Numbered from the whole stretch's first letter, positions 25,111 to 39,530 are shown. The stretch: DNA of 56,514 nt, filler included, from Sluysia triapertura (GCA_046118255.1; 4 parts of 4 records of this genome joined end to end with filler, not necessarily neighbours in it), one strand, 5' to 3'. Notes: generated by a model from the letters alone, not told the origin. Numbers and translations are program-made.

Positions 25111-26984
25111 AAGGTTACTGTAGATGTTTTCATCCAACAATATTTATTATCAATTCCTCATGCACTTTGTAATTCCATGTATTTCTTACCCATCTCCTGT
25201 TCCACAGTGGGACAATCCCAACAATACAAAGAACCACATTTTACTATTATTCAGGCATGGAAAAATTATTGCAGCAGCTGTAAGGCTGATTCAATACAGT
25301 AATAGCAAACACTGACTGAATCTGACAGATTTTTAGAAATCTAACTAAATTTTATCTTTAAGTCAACTTATTTGTGGTTCTTGAGCTTTATTGTAATTTT
25401 GATACTAACATTTACATGTGTTGTGTAAACCCTGAGATTGAGTATTAAAATCAATTTTTATTTATAGAATTATTTTGAAACTGATTTATAATAAATTGTC
25501 GTAAACAGACCAAATTAACGAATATTTGATTTTTATTGTGATATAGTTATTATGTATTTGTATTTTATAATTAATGTTAATTATTATAATTTAAAAAATA
25601 TTTTCTATAAAATTGATCTGATTGGCAATTTATTTGCTAAATTCTAGCACTTCATTTTATTTTACAAATAAGATTGCTTTGGTCAAATATATTATTTGTT
25701 CATTCAATGATAGTAAATGATACTTGTTTTAGATGTCTTGACATTGTGTCAGAATGCATTAAATATGTTCAGATTTTATTAAAACTTTAACTGGACAATT
25801 ATGAATATCTTACTGGGTTCGCCTATAATCTAAGATTTGCATCTCACGGAAGACTTAGTTATGGGATTTCAATGAGTCAATACTTCGAAAGAGTCCTTAA
25901 TCTAAATGTAATAGTCCTTTTATTATAATGGAGGGTCTGTAAAGAATTTATCTTTTCGTATAAACAAATCAATTTTATGATGTAATAAAACTCGAGTAAG
26001 TCTCTAATATATATTCCAGAAGAAAAGTTAAGTAGTGTATTAAAATTTTGAGTACAAATATATATAATATGAACAAAAATAAATTCAAATGATATACAAA
26101 TATATACTAGGATTTTGTCCTAAGTTATTTTATTACAACGAAAATTTAGATAAGATTTTAACCCAGGTGAATACTGGGGCGTTGAAAGTTAAAAATATAT
26201 TAAGTGTATTTAACACAAACTTATTTTTGTGAATAGCTTAATATAAGTAGTTTACGGTTTTACAAATATATATTCTCGATCCGAAGAATTTCCAAATATA
26301 AGATTTAGGTACGAATTCCAAATACTCCGTATGTAAACCAATTGTGTCGCCAACCAAGTAGAAATCCAACTGAATTTGATAATATCGACCACGAATAAAA
26401 ATTATCCTTGTACTTCACGTAAAACTTCTTGAAATCGTAAAACGAACAACTTGTATAAGAAAAGTGAATAACCAAATTGATTCAAATAATTGCGTTTGTT
26501 ATCGAAAACCGTGAACTATTTATACTAAGCAAAATTTTTTGAAGTCTACCGACAAGCTTTAATATGTACCGGCTATTTTCTTTCGGTAGATATTATTTTA
26601 TTTATTTTGCAAGAAAATATGATTAAAATTATTTGGTAAATTATATCTTTTTGATAAAAATTAATTAATTAGTACAAAACTTCTTTTTTGTTTTCAGACA
26701 AAATTAATTAATTTGTACTTTTAAATTATAATTTTTTAACCAAAAATGTTTTTTCAAATTACTAAAATTATTCAAAAATTGTTTAAATTATTAAAAATAA
26801 TTAAATTAACTAATCATATTTTCACTAATTAAATTATATTTTTACTAATTAAATTTTATTTACAGTACTAGTCAACTTTCCTAGTAACGGATAAGTCCAC
26901 ATTTGATAATAGTGTTTTTTATAATGTAAATTTCAAAATTAAAACAATTCTACAATTTAAACTAAACCAACTATCCCAGCCATC

Positions 26985-27500
26985 ACACTATATTCCTGGG
27001 CCATTAGGTTTGAATACTGTAGAAGTTTGGGTTTTACTTTGTCACTTGGAAATATTACTCTAGTTACAAATTCTAAATATGGTTGTGTTTTATCGTATAA
27101 TATTGGTAGTTCATTGATACATTCTGTCTCTCATCTTATATTTGTACCTTTTTGCATTTAATGAATATAACATTTCTCCCGTTGGTTTGCCGAAAACTTC
27201 TTCTGGGTTTGTAATAGTTAACACCAATTTTATGCTTAGTAATTATGCTTAGTAATTAATTATAAATTTTTCTAAGGACGTCAATCCTAGATGGTAATAG
27301 AAATCTATCTTATTATTAAAATGCGTATTTAATTTTATGTTTTTTGCAACGATCCCTACTTTAGCGTTTAATGTTATTTATTTTGACAGAAAAATACTCT
27401 TGTAATATCAGAGTGATACTAATATCAGTCCATCTTCTTCCTTACTTTCGGTATTTCCACTTCATTTACTTTTTTCCTCTGTAAGAAGTCTGTATTTTCA
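26985..27500 (-). pseudogene. Second remnant of the chuvirus-like glycoprotein
   Basis: KNIKLNTHFNNKIDFYYHLGLTSLEK..ITNP..VFG..GE..ETECINELPILYDKTQPYLEFVTRVIFPSDKVKPKL; aligns with ~16480-16810 and extends it N-terminally. Confidence 0.85.
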
Positions 27501-27550
27501 TTATTCATTTGTTTTAGGTTTATTTCTTTTATTAGAAATTTATTATTATC

Positions 27551-27697
27551 TTAGTAAACAAATTCCCAAGAATTCAAAAAAATTCGGCGAACAACAGAAA
27601 TAGTAACACCATTGTCAATCGCGGCTTTTAACCAGACACTGTTGAAATTAATATTTTGAATAATATGTCCCTGAGTACGAGGTACATAATTATTCAT
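27551..27697 (-). pseudogene. Remnant of the post-integrase protease (PR2 paralogue)
   Basis: GHIIQNINFNSVWLKAAIDNGVTISVVRRIFLNSWEFVY vs THIFQNVRFNGRWIQAVIDTGATTSVIHYNFLTTWETVF. Confidence 0.8.
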
Positions 27698-28129
27698 AAT
27701 TATTCATCATTTAATTATTCGAAACTGAATTTTACTTGTTTTAAAAATATCAGAATATATTGATATTTGTTCAATTCATAAATTAAGGTAGATTTGATCG
27801 ATTCTACCAAATAAACGTGACATTATAGTTCTTTTTCTATATCATAACTTTCGATAAATGATTTCAAAGTTACAACATATGTTTCTTGTGCTAGGTTAAT
27901 CTTTATTTCATATTCCATAGATTCCTGTTCGTATGCCCTGTCTAGCAGTTTTAATATTATAAATTATTTTTTCGTTACCTTTATTTATGTAAAAGGTCTC
28001 CAGGGCACCTCTGCAGTTATTAGTTAATATTTAAAAAGTTTTAAAACTTTTGACAGTTCCATTATTGAGGAGTGGCTATCGTGTCCATAATACCATATTG
28101 CCACCGATCTCTTAACTTCTTGGTAGATG

Positions 28130-28380
28130 TTTTGAATGTTAAGAAACCTGCTCCAGTGATTGGCTGTTGCACTGAAATGGCTAAGTTTAAAATGACGTTT
28201 TCTGGAGCCATTTGCTGATGTGAGGAAAGAGCGCGTCTAGGAAGTTTTTATGATCATTTTGTGTAGAATGACAGACATGGCAGCTCTAGTATCAACCAGA
28301 AAATCCAAGATGTTAAATTTGAATTTCAAGAATGTGAACGGCAGAGTAAAAATATTATTTATCTTCAGGTGGTTTGGTCT
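28130..28380 (-). pseudogene. Retropepsin remnant of a different Gypsy family
   Basis: FLVDTRAAMSVI..LTSANGS..VQQPITGAGFL. Confidence 0.65.
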
Positions 28381-29390
28381 TGCCGCAATGACGGCTGGCA
28401 TATTTAGTTTTTTGGGATTGTATTGAAATTTTTATAATAATGATTGATCATTAATCAAGTTTTTGTTTTGTACTTAGTAAAGTCTGACAATCATTACTAT
28501 GTAATTGTTAGAGCTGCCATTGTTGGTTCGATTGTGACATGATGTTCAAACGATTTGTGTAAGAAAATGTTTGATTGCAAAACTCAAGATTGATTGGATA
28601 ATGAGAAAGTGCAAAAAAAGTACGAAACTCCAGGATGATTGGAAAATGAAAATTTATAGAACAAAGTTTAAAAAATGAAATTTATAAAATTTATAAAATG
28701 AAGTTTGACTTATATTTAATCAGTGGATTTATATTTTAAATAATTCACTTACTAATTAATTTTATTTTTCTTTTAAATTACTTGATGTATGGCTAGGAGT
28801 TATTTTAATTTTATTTGTAAAATTGTGAAACGTGTAAATTTCGTGAAATAAAAAAACCTAATAAAAGTTGAAAATGCAAAATCAGAAAAATCTTGACTAG
28901 CATTTAATAACTTTAGCTAATGAATTGTAAGGTACCGAAATGGCAAGAAAATTTTAGGACACAGACTTTAATTTAACAATTAACTATTAATATCTCTGTA
29001 TATAATTTTAGATTTTTTACAATTCCACAAAATTACGTGTTCAAAAATGCGATTACTTTTATTTTAACTTCGACTTATTTTGAACAATATTTTCAACCAA
29101 AAATTAAAAATTTTATAAATTTCGTTCAAAATACGTAATTAGACATAATTATAATTAGGTAAAATTAAACTAATATATAAGATATAAAAATATATTAAAA
29201 ATGTATTGTCATTTTTAAACATATTCCTGAAAGTAATTTTAAAAATCGTTTGCATTATTTTATTTAAATGGATGATAATTGAAAACATGATTTCATAGAT
29301 TTTATTATATAATTTAAAATTAATTTTAAAATTGTTTATTTATATTTTGTTTAAATAATTATAGTTAATAAAAAACTAATAATTTAAATA

Positions 29391-30320
29391 ATGGCCGTAA
29401 GTAAACTTATAAAGAATAGTGTATATTTCAAAAGGTTGCAAACTAAGTTTAGAAGGCGAAGAAGTGCGTTTTATTGATAATAAATTGATTATTTAAATTA
29501 AGGTGGTCAAACTGATTATTACGCCAGAAAACGTTTAATACACCAAGATAAAAATAAATATGGTACGCCAAAATATAGAATGGTAGTACGATTTACCAAC
29601 AAATGTGTCATTTGTCAAATTGTTTCTGCAGAAATAATTGGTGATAAAGTTTTTTGCTCGGCTTATTCGACGGAGTTACCAAAATATGGTTTAAATGTAG
29701 GATTAACCAACTATTCTGCTGCATATTGTACTGGTTACCTATTAGCTAGAAGAACATTAAAGAAACTAGGTATGGATGATCTCTATAAAGGTACAACAGA
29801 ATTTGGGGGTAAAGATAATGAAATCCAAGAAAATCCCGACAGAAGACCATTCACAGCTCATTTGGATGTAGGTTTAAGACGTACAACAACTGGTGCTAAC
29901 CTTTTCGGGGCTCTTAAAGGTGCAGTTGATGGCGATCTTAATGTGCCACACAAAACAACTAGATTTCCGGGAGCTAAGAAAGACAAATACGATGAAAGCG
30001 TTCATACGGATAGGATTTTTGGTAATCACATTAGTGAATACATGCGTTACTTGCTTAACGAAGATGAGGAAAAGTACAATAAAACCTTTTCGGAATACAT
30101 TAAAAATGGCGTTGATGCCGATAATTACAAGGATAAAATCACTGAATGTTTAGAAAAAATTAGAAGTAATCCTGAAGCTAAAGAAAAACGAGATGGAGAA
30201 TACACTGGTAAGAAAATAATTCTGAAACAAAAGCGCAATTTGAAACAGCGCAAAGATAGAATAAAGCAAATTAAAGAAAGTATCTTAGATCAGTTGAGAC
30301 TTGAATGTGCAGAATCATAA
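29391..30320 (+). CDS. RPL5: 60S ribosomal protein L5 (uL18); exons 29391-29463 and 29503-30320, 39-nt intron
   Basis: Spliced MAVSKLIKNSVYFKRLQTKFRRRRS/GQTDYYARKRLIHQDKNKYGTPKYRMVVRFTN..GLTNYSAAYCTGYLLARR..LDVGLRRTTTGANLFGALKGAVDG; the GT..AG intron contains an in-frame stop. Confidence 0.97.
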
Positions 30321-32609
30321 AATATATTTTTGCTTGGAATTTTTACGTATCTTACTTTAATTTATGAGATTTTAGTCACGAAGGTAATATTTAACTCCGT
30401 TTATTTTTGAAACGCTTTATAGGTTTGTTTTAGTGAACGATAATGTTCAAACATAAATTATGATAATGTATAACGCATATTTAAGGTCTATATTTTATTT
30501 TCCTGAGCAAAGTATAACATTAAGATTTTTCATGGAGTTTTGTGTATCCTAAAATTTAAGATTGCTATTAAGGATTTATCATTAACAGAACATATTTTAT
30601 AACGAAACTTTAAACTCATGCATAACTAACCAAAGTTTTTACACCAGTGGTTAAAATGATATTTATAAATTTGATAGTTTGTATTAGATGTTGCCTCTAT
30701 TTAAAGTGGGAGTTAATTATTAATGTAAATATTTAAATTAATATTTTCAACAATTAATTGTTGTCAGTTTATAGACTTAAAATAAATGTAAGGGTGTTAG
30801 TAATGTTTTACCACGAGTTTTAAAAAGTTAACAAGAAGTTTGCTTTTTATTACGCAATTTAAAATGTCTACAAGTTATAAAAATGTTGATTTGCCAGGTC
30901 CCACGACCTAAAATATAAAATTAATATTAACTGAACGCCTTTAGTTTTTGTTTAATATGTCCTTATGAATTTTATATTGAATTAAACAAAAAATGAGGTT
31001 TATAGGTACCGGTCAAATGAGATGTGATGGTGTGTTTACTATTAATAAATTTTTGAGAGCTAAAACATAACTCAAAAATTATGAGGTAAGCACTACTAAA
31101 TTTATCTTTTACAACAATATTCAACAAAAATTTATACTTCATGAAACAAAAAACTCGAATTCATCTTATACATTTTACAATTTAACAGTACATCTTTAAA
31201 ATCAGCTTATTATACATACGGTAAGGTAGCTAAAAGATAATTACAATAATCATGGAATTATCATAATAAAGCCATTCTTTGAAATTTCCTACAATTAAAA
31301 AGATTATAAAAAAATTAACAAATGGTTAAAGTACTCTATATAAGAATCAAGTACCTATAAACAATAAAATAAATTATAGATAAATTAAAAATTCGATAGG
31401 AAGTGCATTAAGTATAATTAAAAATACATAAATTCAATTTATTAATTTTATTGAAAACTGATATATGAGTATATAAAGAAAACTCATTTACATAAAAACT
31501 CACAAGCTTGATTCACTTGAATCAAGAGAACAGTTGGTTTGGATGCAGAATATTAATTGCTGTCCCGGAATTCGATTACAAAAAATAGCTGTCGCAGAAC
31601 TATTGGCGGATTCGTATATTTTATTGAATACGAGACTTCGTAAGTTTTTTAATTGTAAGGTCTTCTCTATTTTAAGTAGAGACAATTTCGTACTTAAAAT
31701 CACTTCACAAAATGACTATTTAAAATATCATTTAAATTTCGTTAAATAAGCAATAATCTTAAGGGACCCGAATATCACATATTTAACATCACCACTTACT
31801 TCAACAAGCTAGTAAGCACACTTTACAATTCTACATTTTAAATCATCAGTTGACCCTCAAACATCTTATACGTCTTACTGAAACATCTTTCAAATTTTAT
31901 TCTAATTTACAACCGATTTATACATTGAGACAACGATTAAATTTTTCATGTCAATGTTCAAAGTTCGTGATATGGACCAAAATAATTATTCATGACGATT
32001 TGTTCTATTTAAAAGTCGAACAAACAAAATGTAAAATTGATTTTAAAAGTGTTTCAGATGTACTATTTCAAGATGCAAAATGTACAAGTTATTCAAAAAA
32101 ATGAAAATTTTGATAACAATAAAAATTTAGAAAGAGTTTATAATTATAATAAGCAAAATTTGATTTCCGATTTTAAAAAAGATAATTTAAATCGGAAGAA
32201 TACAACAGAAAACAAAGTTCTTAACTAGAAGTGATTGAAAAAATTTAGTAAACAAGAATTTTGGAATGTCAGAACTGAATAAGGAGAATGTGTCTTTAAT
32301 AAATCATGATGATGAAATGAATGTTGAAACTTGAGAAGGACGTCAAAAAATCAGCAGTTGGATCAATAATTTGATCAAGTTGTTACTGAATTTCATCTTC
32401 ATTTTCATCTTCTGCATAATTACAAAAATATTTGTTGTCATTATCATCGCAATATCCACAACCACCAGTAGAATTGTCATTGTCGCAACATTAAAGTCCA
32501 ATCGTACTTCTTAAACAGCTGCAACTCCATAATGGGAAAATTATGATTGATTCAACATTACAAACAACAAATTGTCAAGAAATTAATACTACCAAATCAC
32601 CAAAAAAGT

Positions 32610-32900
32610 AATTGGTTTGAAAAACTTCAGAATCAATAAAGTATCCTTTAACTTATGAATCTTGGGATCATTTAGAGCCTTATTAACCTTTATGTATTTT
32701 CGAAACCTTGATTAGAACTTTGGATAACCTTGTAAAGTACTTGAGAAATAAAATATTGGAGAAATAAAATCATTGTTACTAATATTAAAGATAAATGTGA
32801 TGCAGTAGTAATTAATATAAAGAAGTGAAAAAGGAAACGGAGAGGTGAAGGTGAAAACGTCTTATGAAGTACTAAATGGTGTTAGAACCATAATGTTGCA
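32610..32900 (+). repeat. Copy of the 24.7/36 kb dispersed repeat
   Basis: Direct similarity to 36040-36300 and to the reverse complement of 24780-25030. Confidence 0.75.
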
Positions 32901-33392
32901 TTTTATTATTATTAAGCTATATATTCAAAAATTATTCATAGATCAATATTGTAAGTTATGTTGTATGTATAAATTAACATTGTGTAGTATCATTAATCAA
33001 TGTTTGAATAATATTAGTATTTAAATAGTATTTAAATTCATTTAATGTGTTTCATAATGTTATTAAATCAATATTTAAATTTAGTGTGTTTTTCATAAAT
33101 CGATTAAATTTATAAATTATTGTACAAATCTTTAGGATTAATACTTTAAGTAAGATTTTATTTTTTAAATAAATTTTAATTTTTAAAAATACCAAATTTT
33201 TTTAAAATAATTTTAATACAATTACATAATTTTAACACAATTATAATTTTTATTAAAAGATTTCTTTTTAACGTAAAGGAACATATTTGTTTTAATTTTA
33301 ATGATGTGTTGGAAATTTCCTTATTCCTAACAAATTATCTGTAGGGTCAGTTCGCTTAGTATATACGCTTTATACCAAACTTGGAGACGTAT

Positions 33393-33492
33393 NNNNNNNN
33401 NNNNNNNNNNNNNNNNNNNNNNNNNNNNNNNNNNNNTTAATTAATTAANNNNNNNNNNNNNNNNNNNNNNNNNNNNNNNNNNNNNNNNNNNN
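33393..33492. other. Assembly spacer
   Basis: N44 TTAATTAATTAA N44. Confidence 0.97.
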
Positions 33493-35964
33493 TGGTTTAA
33501 AAATAGAAGAATTCGTATGAAAAGTAACAAAAAAATAAACAAAAAGAGTTTAAAATGAAAATCTATAAAGAATATATAATAATAAAAGATAATCATGAAC
33601 AATAGTAAAATATATCTTAAAAATCTGAAATAGAATTCGTTGATGATACATATAACATGAATTAAAGTGTGTGGTATATTAATAAATGATAGAAATAACA
33701 CGACTTTATTTGTTTTTTATTATAGAATAATTATCTATCCGCTTAATTTGGTTGGGGTTCGAATTTTAGAAATTAATAATATATATTGATTATCCATTGT
33801 GTAATAATTAATTACTTAAAATAACCATAAATTCCTTTCTCGATTTTGGATATCCTTCTAAAACAGCATCCATCATTTCCTTTGCCTAAATAAAATAATC
33901 CACTTTTAAACAAAATTGTTAAATAAATATAATTTGTTTATTAAAATTAATTTCGTGATAAAAAAATTCAACAAATGAAACAATAAATTTGCAGTTTCTC
34001 TGAAATATCAAAACTAACTTAAACAATTTTTCTATAATTTAACTGTTTTATGTTTCATTTCTTATTTGAAATTTTCTTCAACTATACAAATTCGTACCAC
34101 TTCTTGCATTCACCTTACAAGTTAATTTTATTTAGAATTTCCTATTAAACTTGTAAATAATATAAAAGTAAACACATCGAAAAAATTAAAGATTAATCAT
34201 GACCATTCTTTTACGTTTACGCCATTCTTTGATTGACTTTTCTCGTTTTTGGAATTTTAATGTCGTTTCTTCATACCTAATTTGAATTTCGTAATCTTCT
34301 AATTTCGTAGATTTTATTGATATATTAACTAAAGAGATTAAAATTATCACATTTATATAAAATTCAAAAAATGAAAAGTTTTACATATGAAATTCAACTT
34401 ACGTCGTTATTTAGTATTTCCAATAACCTTCAGAAATTTAATATACTTAATATATTATTATACACAGTCCTTTGATAATATTTTACGATCTAATTCATTT
34501 GATAATGCTTCGAAATCGTGTAATTTTTATAGCAATTCACTTAACTCAATATAAATTAGACAAGATAAATCGTTTTATATAATTTTCTTAAGTAAAATTA
34601 TTAATTGATTTATAAGGGATATTTTTTATGTTCAAATGATTTTTCGACACTTTCTTCATCAATTTAACAGCTACTAATAACCTGAAAAAATCAAATTAGT
34701 TACACAATTTTAATAAACATTTAACCTATTCAAGAAAAATTACATTAGTTCTAACCAGTATTAAAATTTATTCATCACTATACTTCAAAAGTACAAGATG
34801 ATATATACGCGTTAAACTCAAAAAATTTTAAACTAAAAATATGAAAATTATACACTTTTATTAATACATTTATGAAAATTCGAGAAAACATAATTGACAC
34901 GAAATTCTACCTATATTGCAATGAATTACATTAGCATTTCTATGAATTCATAATAAATATTAAATGCACAAATTTAATATACATAAGGCAAATAAAAGAA
35001 TATTTTCTATTTTATTGTTATTATTTTTTGCTAATAATACGTTATAATAACACGCTTATTAAATGAATTATATATATGAATGTATTACGCATTTGAATAT
35101 TAAAACAAATTCTTTCAATCTTCAATAAATTATGTTTATTGAGAATTAATCCTTAATTTTCTTCTAATTTATTATCGAGTATTTTAATTTTATTTACAAA
35201 AGGGTGTAATTTTTTATGCATAAATTATGCTTTATTGAAATTATAAAATTCGAAACATTTAAAATAATCGCGCCACTACATTTTTTTCATGTAATATTTG
35301 AACATTTTTAAATTTTTAAATGTACAATCAACATTCATATCACAACCAAAATTTTGAATTAAATATTCAATACTCTGGACATTTTAAATTCAACATTTTG
35401 AATTTATTTATTAAATATTTGAAACGCAAAAAATTAGATATTATAATATTATTTATAGCATTTGTACTTAACATTTAATTTCTCTTAAATAGTTTTGTCA
35501 TATGTATTTTACTTAAATATTTAGCAAAATCAATTTTCCAATAGTAAAAATTGTTTATTGATTAATCTTTTGAATATCTTTTTAAATGAGTTTTAGGTTG
35601 ACCATGTACTTTTTATTTTGTCGAATACTTCACAGTATACTACAATAGGTTATTAGAAAAATATTAATTTTTTTAGAGATATTTATACAACTTATGCATA
35701 TTTAATCACTTTATTTTTGGATTATTTCTAAATTTATTGTGGATTTTCTTAATTCATTTGTATGTTAATTTGTTACATCGTGATATATATAAAGTTAACA
35801 TAGGTCGGAGTTTAACCAAGTACTTCGTATTTCGTATGCACACATAGGACATGATTATTTAAATAGTTGAGTGATTTTGAATTAGATTTTTATTTATACT
35901 AGACTAAATAATCTTTAGCGGGACGAGATATAAAATATTTCCAGAGCAAGAGTAAAGAATAATC

Positions 35965-36335
35965 ATTTTGAAACCGAAAAACCTTGGAGTTCCAGAGACC
36001 TATGAATGATTAAAAACGGTTTGGAAGGATGTCTTGAAGTATGAAGACACCTTTGAACTTCTGAACATTGGGATTATTTGAGACCTTGTTGATCTTTTGG
36101 AATCTTTGAAGACATTTAAGGCCTTCGAGTAACCTTGTAAAATGTTTAGAACCTTTGAAATGTTCAAGAATTAAAATCATGGTTCATAATATCAATGATA
36201 AATTTAATAGACTAATAATTGAAATAAAAAAGTAAAAAAGAAATCAGAATGGTGAAGGTGAAAACATATAGAGCCTCCTCAGTACCTTACATAGTATTTA
36301 ACAACTTTATAACGATAATAAGACCTTTAAACGTA
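35965..36335 (+). repeat. Copy of the 24.7/32.6 kb dispersed repeat
   Basis: Same conserved blocks as the other two copies. Confidence 0.75.
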
Positions 36336-37715
36336 GAATAAAATAAGTTAAAATAATTAATTAATTAAAATCTTAATTAACTTAATTAATATAAATTATT
36401 AACTTAATTTAATTAAGATAAATTACCTTAATTAAGATAAATAATAATAGTTCTCAATTAAGTACCTCAAAAATGTGAGAAACGTGAGTGAAGCTAGTAG
36501 AATAAAATAAGTCAAAGATGTGAGTCCACCAATGTACTGGACTTAGCTGCTACGGCCAGCCGTTGCATTTTATAAGATAACTCATAAGAAAAATAAGCTA
36601 ATGCAATACTCTTTATCTAGAGGTGTATATTTTTACTGTTTTTATAAAATCTCTGTATCTTTGTTTACAAAATTAAATGAATCAAATTTAATTATATATT
36701 TTTCGCAGGATTCCTTTATATGGAATGAAAAATAGAATTTTGCCTGCTGGAATTAAATTCTAGTCTCTTGAAAACTATAAAGATATCTGATTTTAACTGA
36801 TTTTACAAATATGTAATTTATGGATCAAAAATTGTAAAGAAAAATTCTTTTCTGGTATGGTAGACAGTAAGTGTATCCAGTCATAAACTTTGATCATAAA
36901 CTTATTGGAAAACTACATTTATTTATATTTAGGTGATGATAATTTGTATTATATTTAATATTTGATTTTGATATATTTATCGGAAAATTACATTTATTTA
37001 TATTTTGATTATGATAATTTGTAGAATTATACTTTTTATAATTTTAAAATAGATTTTTTTATTATAAAATAAATTAATAAAATAAAACAAATTAATAATA
37101 TTAGTGATTTTAAAAAATAAAAGACATAATTGATTTTAAAAAGAAAAATGAAAATTTTTGTTTTACTAAACTAAAAAGGAACAAATATGGAGGTAGGTAA
37201 ATTTTATATATACAGTGACAATTTTAGTTTATGCTAACACAAGAAAAATTTTAGTTTATTCTTCACTAGAAAATAGTAACACAAGCATAGTAGAAGATAA
37301 TAAATTAAATGCAGAGTTCAAAACCAAATTCCATGCAAAAGTAATTTTGTTTATTAAGTTATTTAAATCTTAATTGTAACTAATAGGATACTAAAATCCA
37401 TACTTAAAATATAATTTTATTTGACAGACTGTACAAAGTCTGTCTTAACTTTAATCTAAAATTCTAACTTAGGTTAAGGAAAAATCCTTAAGTCCTTAAT
37501 ATCATTATTTTTATTATAATTTAGTTAACTTGTATAATTTTTCTTTTGAAATTTATTGCATATAATACATTATTCTCGTATCCATACTTTGTTCTTTACT
37601 AAAATCATTCGTTCATAATCAGACCGTAAAAAGGCTGATTCAACATTTAAAATATTTTATTCATTTGACAGACCGTAAAAGGCTACCTCAAATTATCAGA
37701 TTTTTTATTGCTACT

Positions 37716-37960
37716 TGTGGTGGCCCAACCTACACCTACTTATACATCACACCAACCACAACATTCATCTACACAAATCCCATGACAAAAAATTACACAT
37801 AAAAAGCTTCACCTATATTATTCACAACATTACAACACTCACCCTTATAAAATCTCACATACTTAATAAAATCATTTTACTAACACTATTTCATCAAAGT
37901 AAAGCACAACGCATTGCCGTTTTGCCATCATTATGATACAATATTTTTCTATCTGCATAT
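37716..37960 (+). repeat. TGTGGTGG repeat family, short copy C
   Basis: Starts TGTGGTGGCCCAACCT; CA-rich strand bias as in A/B/D. Confidence 0.55.
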
Positions 37961-38478
37961 TATAACTTCTTTATGTTATATTCCTATGTGTTTAACAACT
38001 TTTATACATTTTTATAATCTAAGTGAGAAATTTTAATCAATTTCTTTACGGTTTTTTACCAATTCAATTACTGGCTCATTCCATTAATGAATTTTATTAG
38101 AATTTTTTACCTTTAACATTATACAACATTGCAAGTGTTGATCATGAATATTAGTAATGAGTCTGTGAACAATTTTTCGCAAGTGCCAGTTTCGAGGTCC
38201 AGTCATCACGGCTTCAACTTAAACACATTCGCAGAGTTACTTAACAAAATTCAATTATTACGAAAATATACAACTGGAATTGAAAATGCAAACCCAAAAT
38301 CTTTAACTTCTAAGAAAAGGAAAGCAGAAGACATTCTAGAATATTATTTCAATAATTCATTAAGAAATATTGGGACTGTCGATTTGTCATCAAATTTTCA
38401 GCGTACTCAAGCTCCGCTAAGTGGTATGACAAATTCAAAGAAATTAAATGAAATTGCAGAAAAATTTAAATATGAAAT

Positions 38479-38775
38479 AATAACGACTGAATGGAAAACT
38501 ATTTGTGGAGGTAAGAAAACTACACAAAGTCAAAAGTACCACCGGCAACCTTTCAATTATTGCTCTTTAAAATACGTACCTACGAAATAACCTTGTTGCA
38601 CCAAAGAATGAATTGTATTTGATTATGAAAACATTTTAAATTTTTTAAAGGAAAAAGAAAAATAAAATTAATCCAATAACAAAAAAATTAAAAGTAAAAG
38701 ACTTAATTAGAATAAAGTTTTTTAAAAAACCTTAAAGATGAATTTCACTGTCCTGTTACATGCAAACTTTTTGTT
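38479..38775 (+). pseudogene. PPIL2: Fragment of PPIL2/Cyp60 N-terminal U-box region
   Basis: ITTEWKTICGGKK..YHRQPFNYCSL..P.*PCCTKE*IVFDYENILNFLK..NPIT..LKVKDLIRIKF..DEFHCPVTCKLF, parallel to PPIL2 IT..E....GGKK..FRRLPF..CSL..P..PVCT..G.VFD..NI..NP..KL..LI.L.F..HCPV; has stops and frameshifts. Confidence 0.8.
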
Positions 38776-39434
38776 TTAATATTAAAATTTTTACAAATCT
38801 TCCAATTATTTTGAATCTTAAAAAAAATTTTTCATGCAATATTGTTATGAATTCGAAAGAACCTTTTCATTTTAAAAGCGAAAGAGGGACAAATAATGCT
38901 TTTAAATACTCTCTGTACAGCGATCATTTATCACAAGAACTTCAATATAAAATGTCAAAGAGAATAGGTCAATCAAAAAAGGTTATTTATGCCTTATATA
39001 CAAAAAATGATGATCACGATTATAAATGATTTAGAGGTAAAATATAAAAAGAAGTTAAATGAAATTGCAGCAAAATTCAAATATGAAATCGACCAATTAG
39101 AAAATCAAATTAATGATATTGAACAAAAAAAGAATCCATTAGACCACGACACAAATCTGATTAGTTTTAAATATAAAGATATAGCCAAGGAATATAGAAT
39201 ATAGAAATAGAATCAAAGTTTGAAAGTCAAAACTCACATCACGTAGAACAACTATCTCAGTTGAATAAGCAACTTTCTTCATTGAGATTTTCTTATGAAG
39301 ATTTATGGAAAAATTTCCAATTTTTAGAAACCAACTTTAATCACCAGAATAGAAAACTACAAACAGAATTTGATACTAAACATCAAACAGAGTTGAAACC
39401 ATTAATTGATGAATATCGACAAAAAGAGAAACAA

Positions 39435-39530
39435 TTAAGAGTGTCGATAACGAGTGATTCCAAAGCTGGGAAAACATCAATTGTAAACCGTTATGTTCAT
39501 CATGCTTTTGAAGATCGTTATAAAGTAACA
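39435..39530 (+). pseudogene. Rab-like small GTPase P-loop fragment (Rab32/38-like) following a coiled-coil segment
   Basis: LRVSITSDSKAGKTSIVNRYVHHAFEDRYKVT; downstream G3/G4/G5 motifs absent. Confidence 0.65.

Noticed and set aside
29893-30153. 86-aa ORF within RPL5
   Set aside because: Alternative frame of RPL5 exon 2
33790-34700. Possible multi-exon gene on the minus strand (e.g. AKEMMDAVLEGYPKSRKEF)
   Set aside because: Could not assemble a stop-free spliced model or recognise a family
37620-37690. Repeated GACCGTAAAAAGGCT motifs with spacers (CRISPR-like look)
   Set aside because: Only 2-3 degenerate units per locus, related spacers, no cas genes, eukaryotic context; these are subterminal repeats of a TIR element
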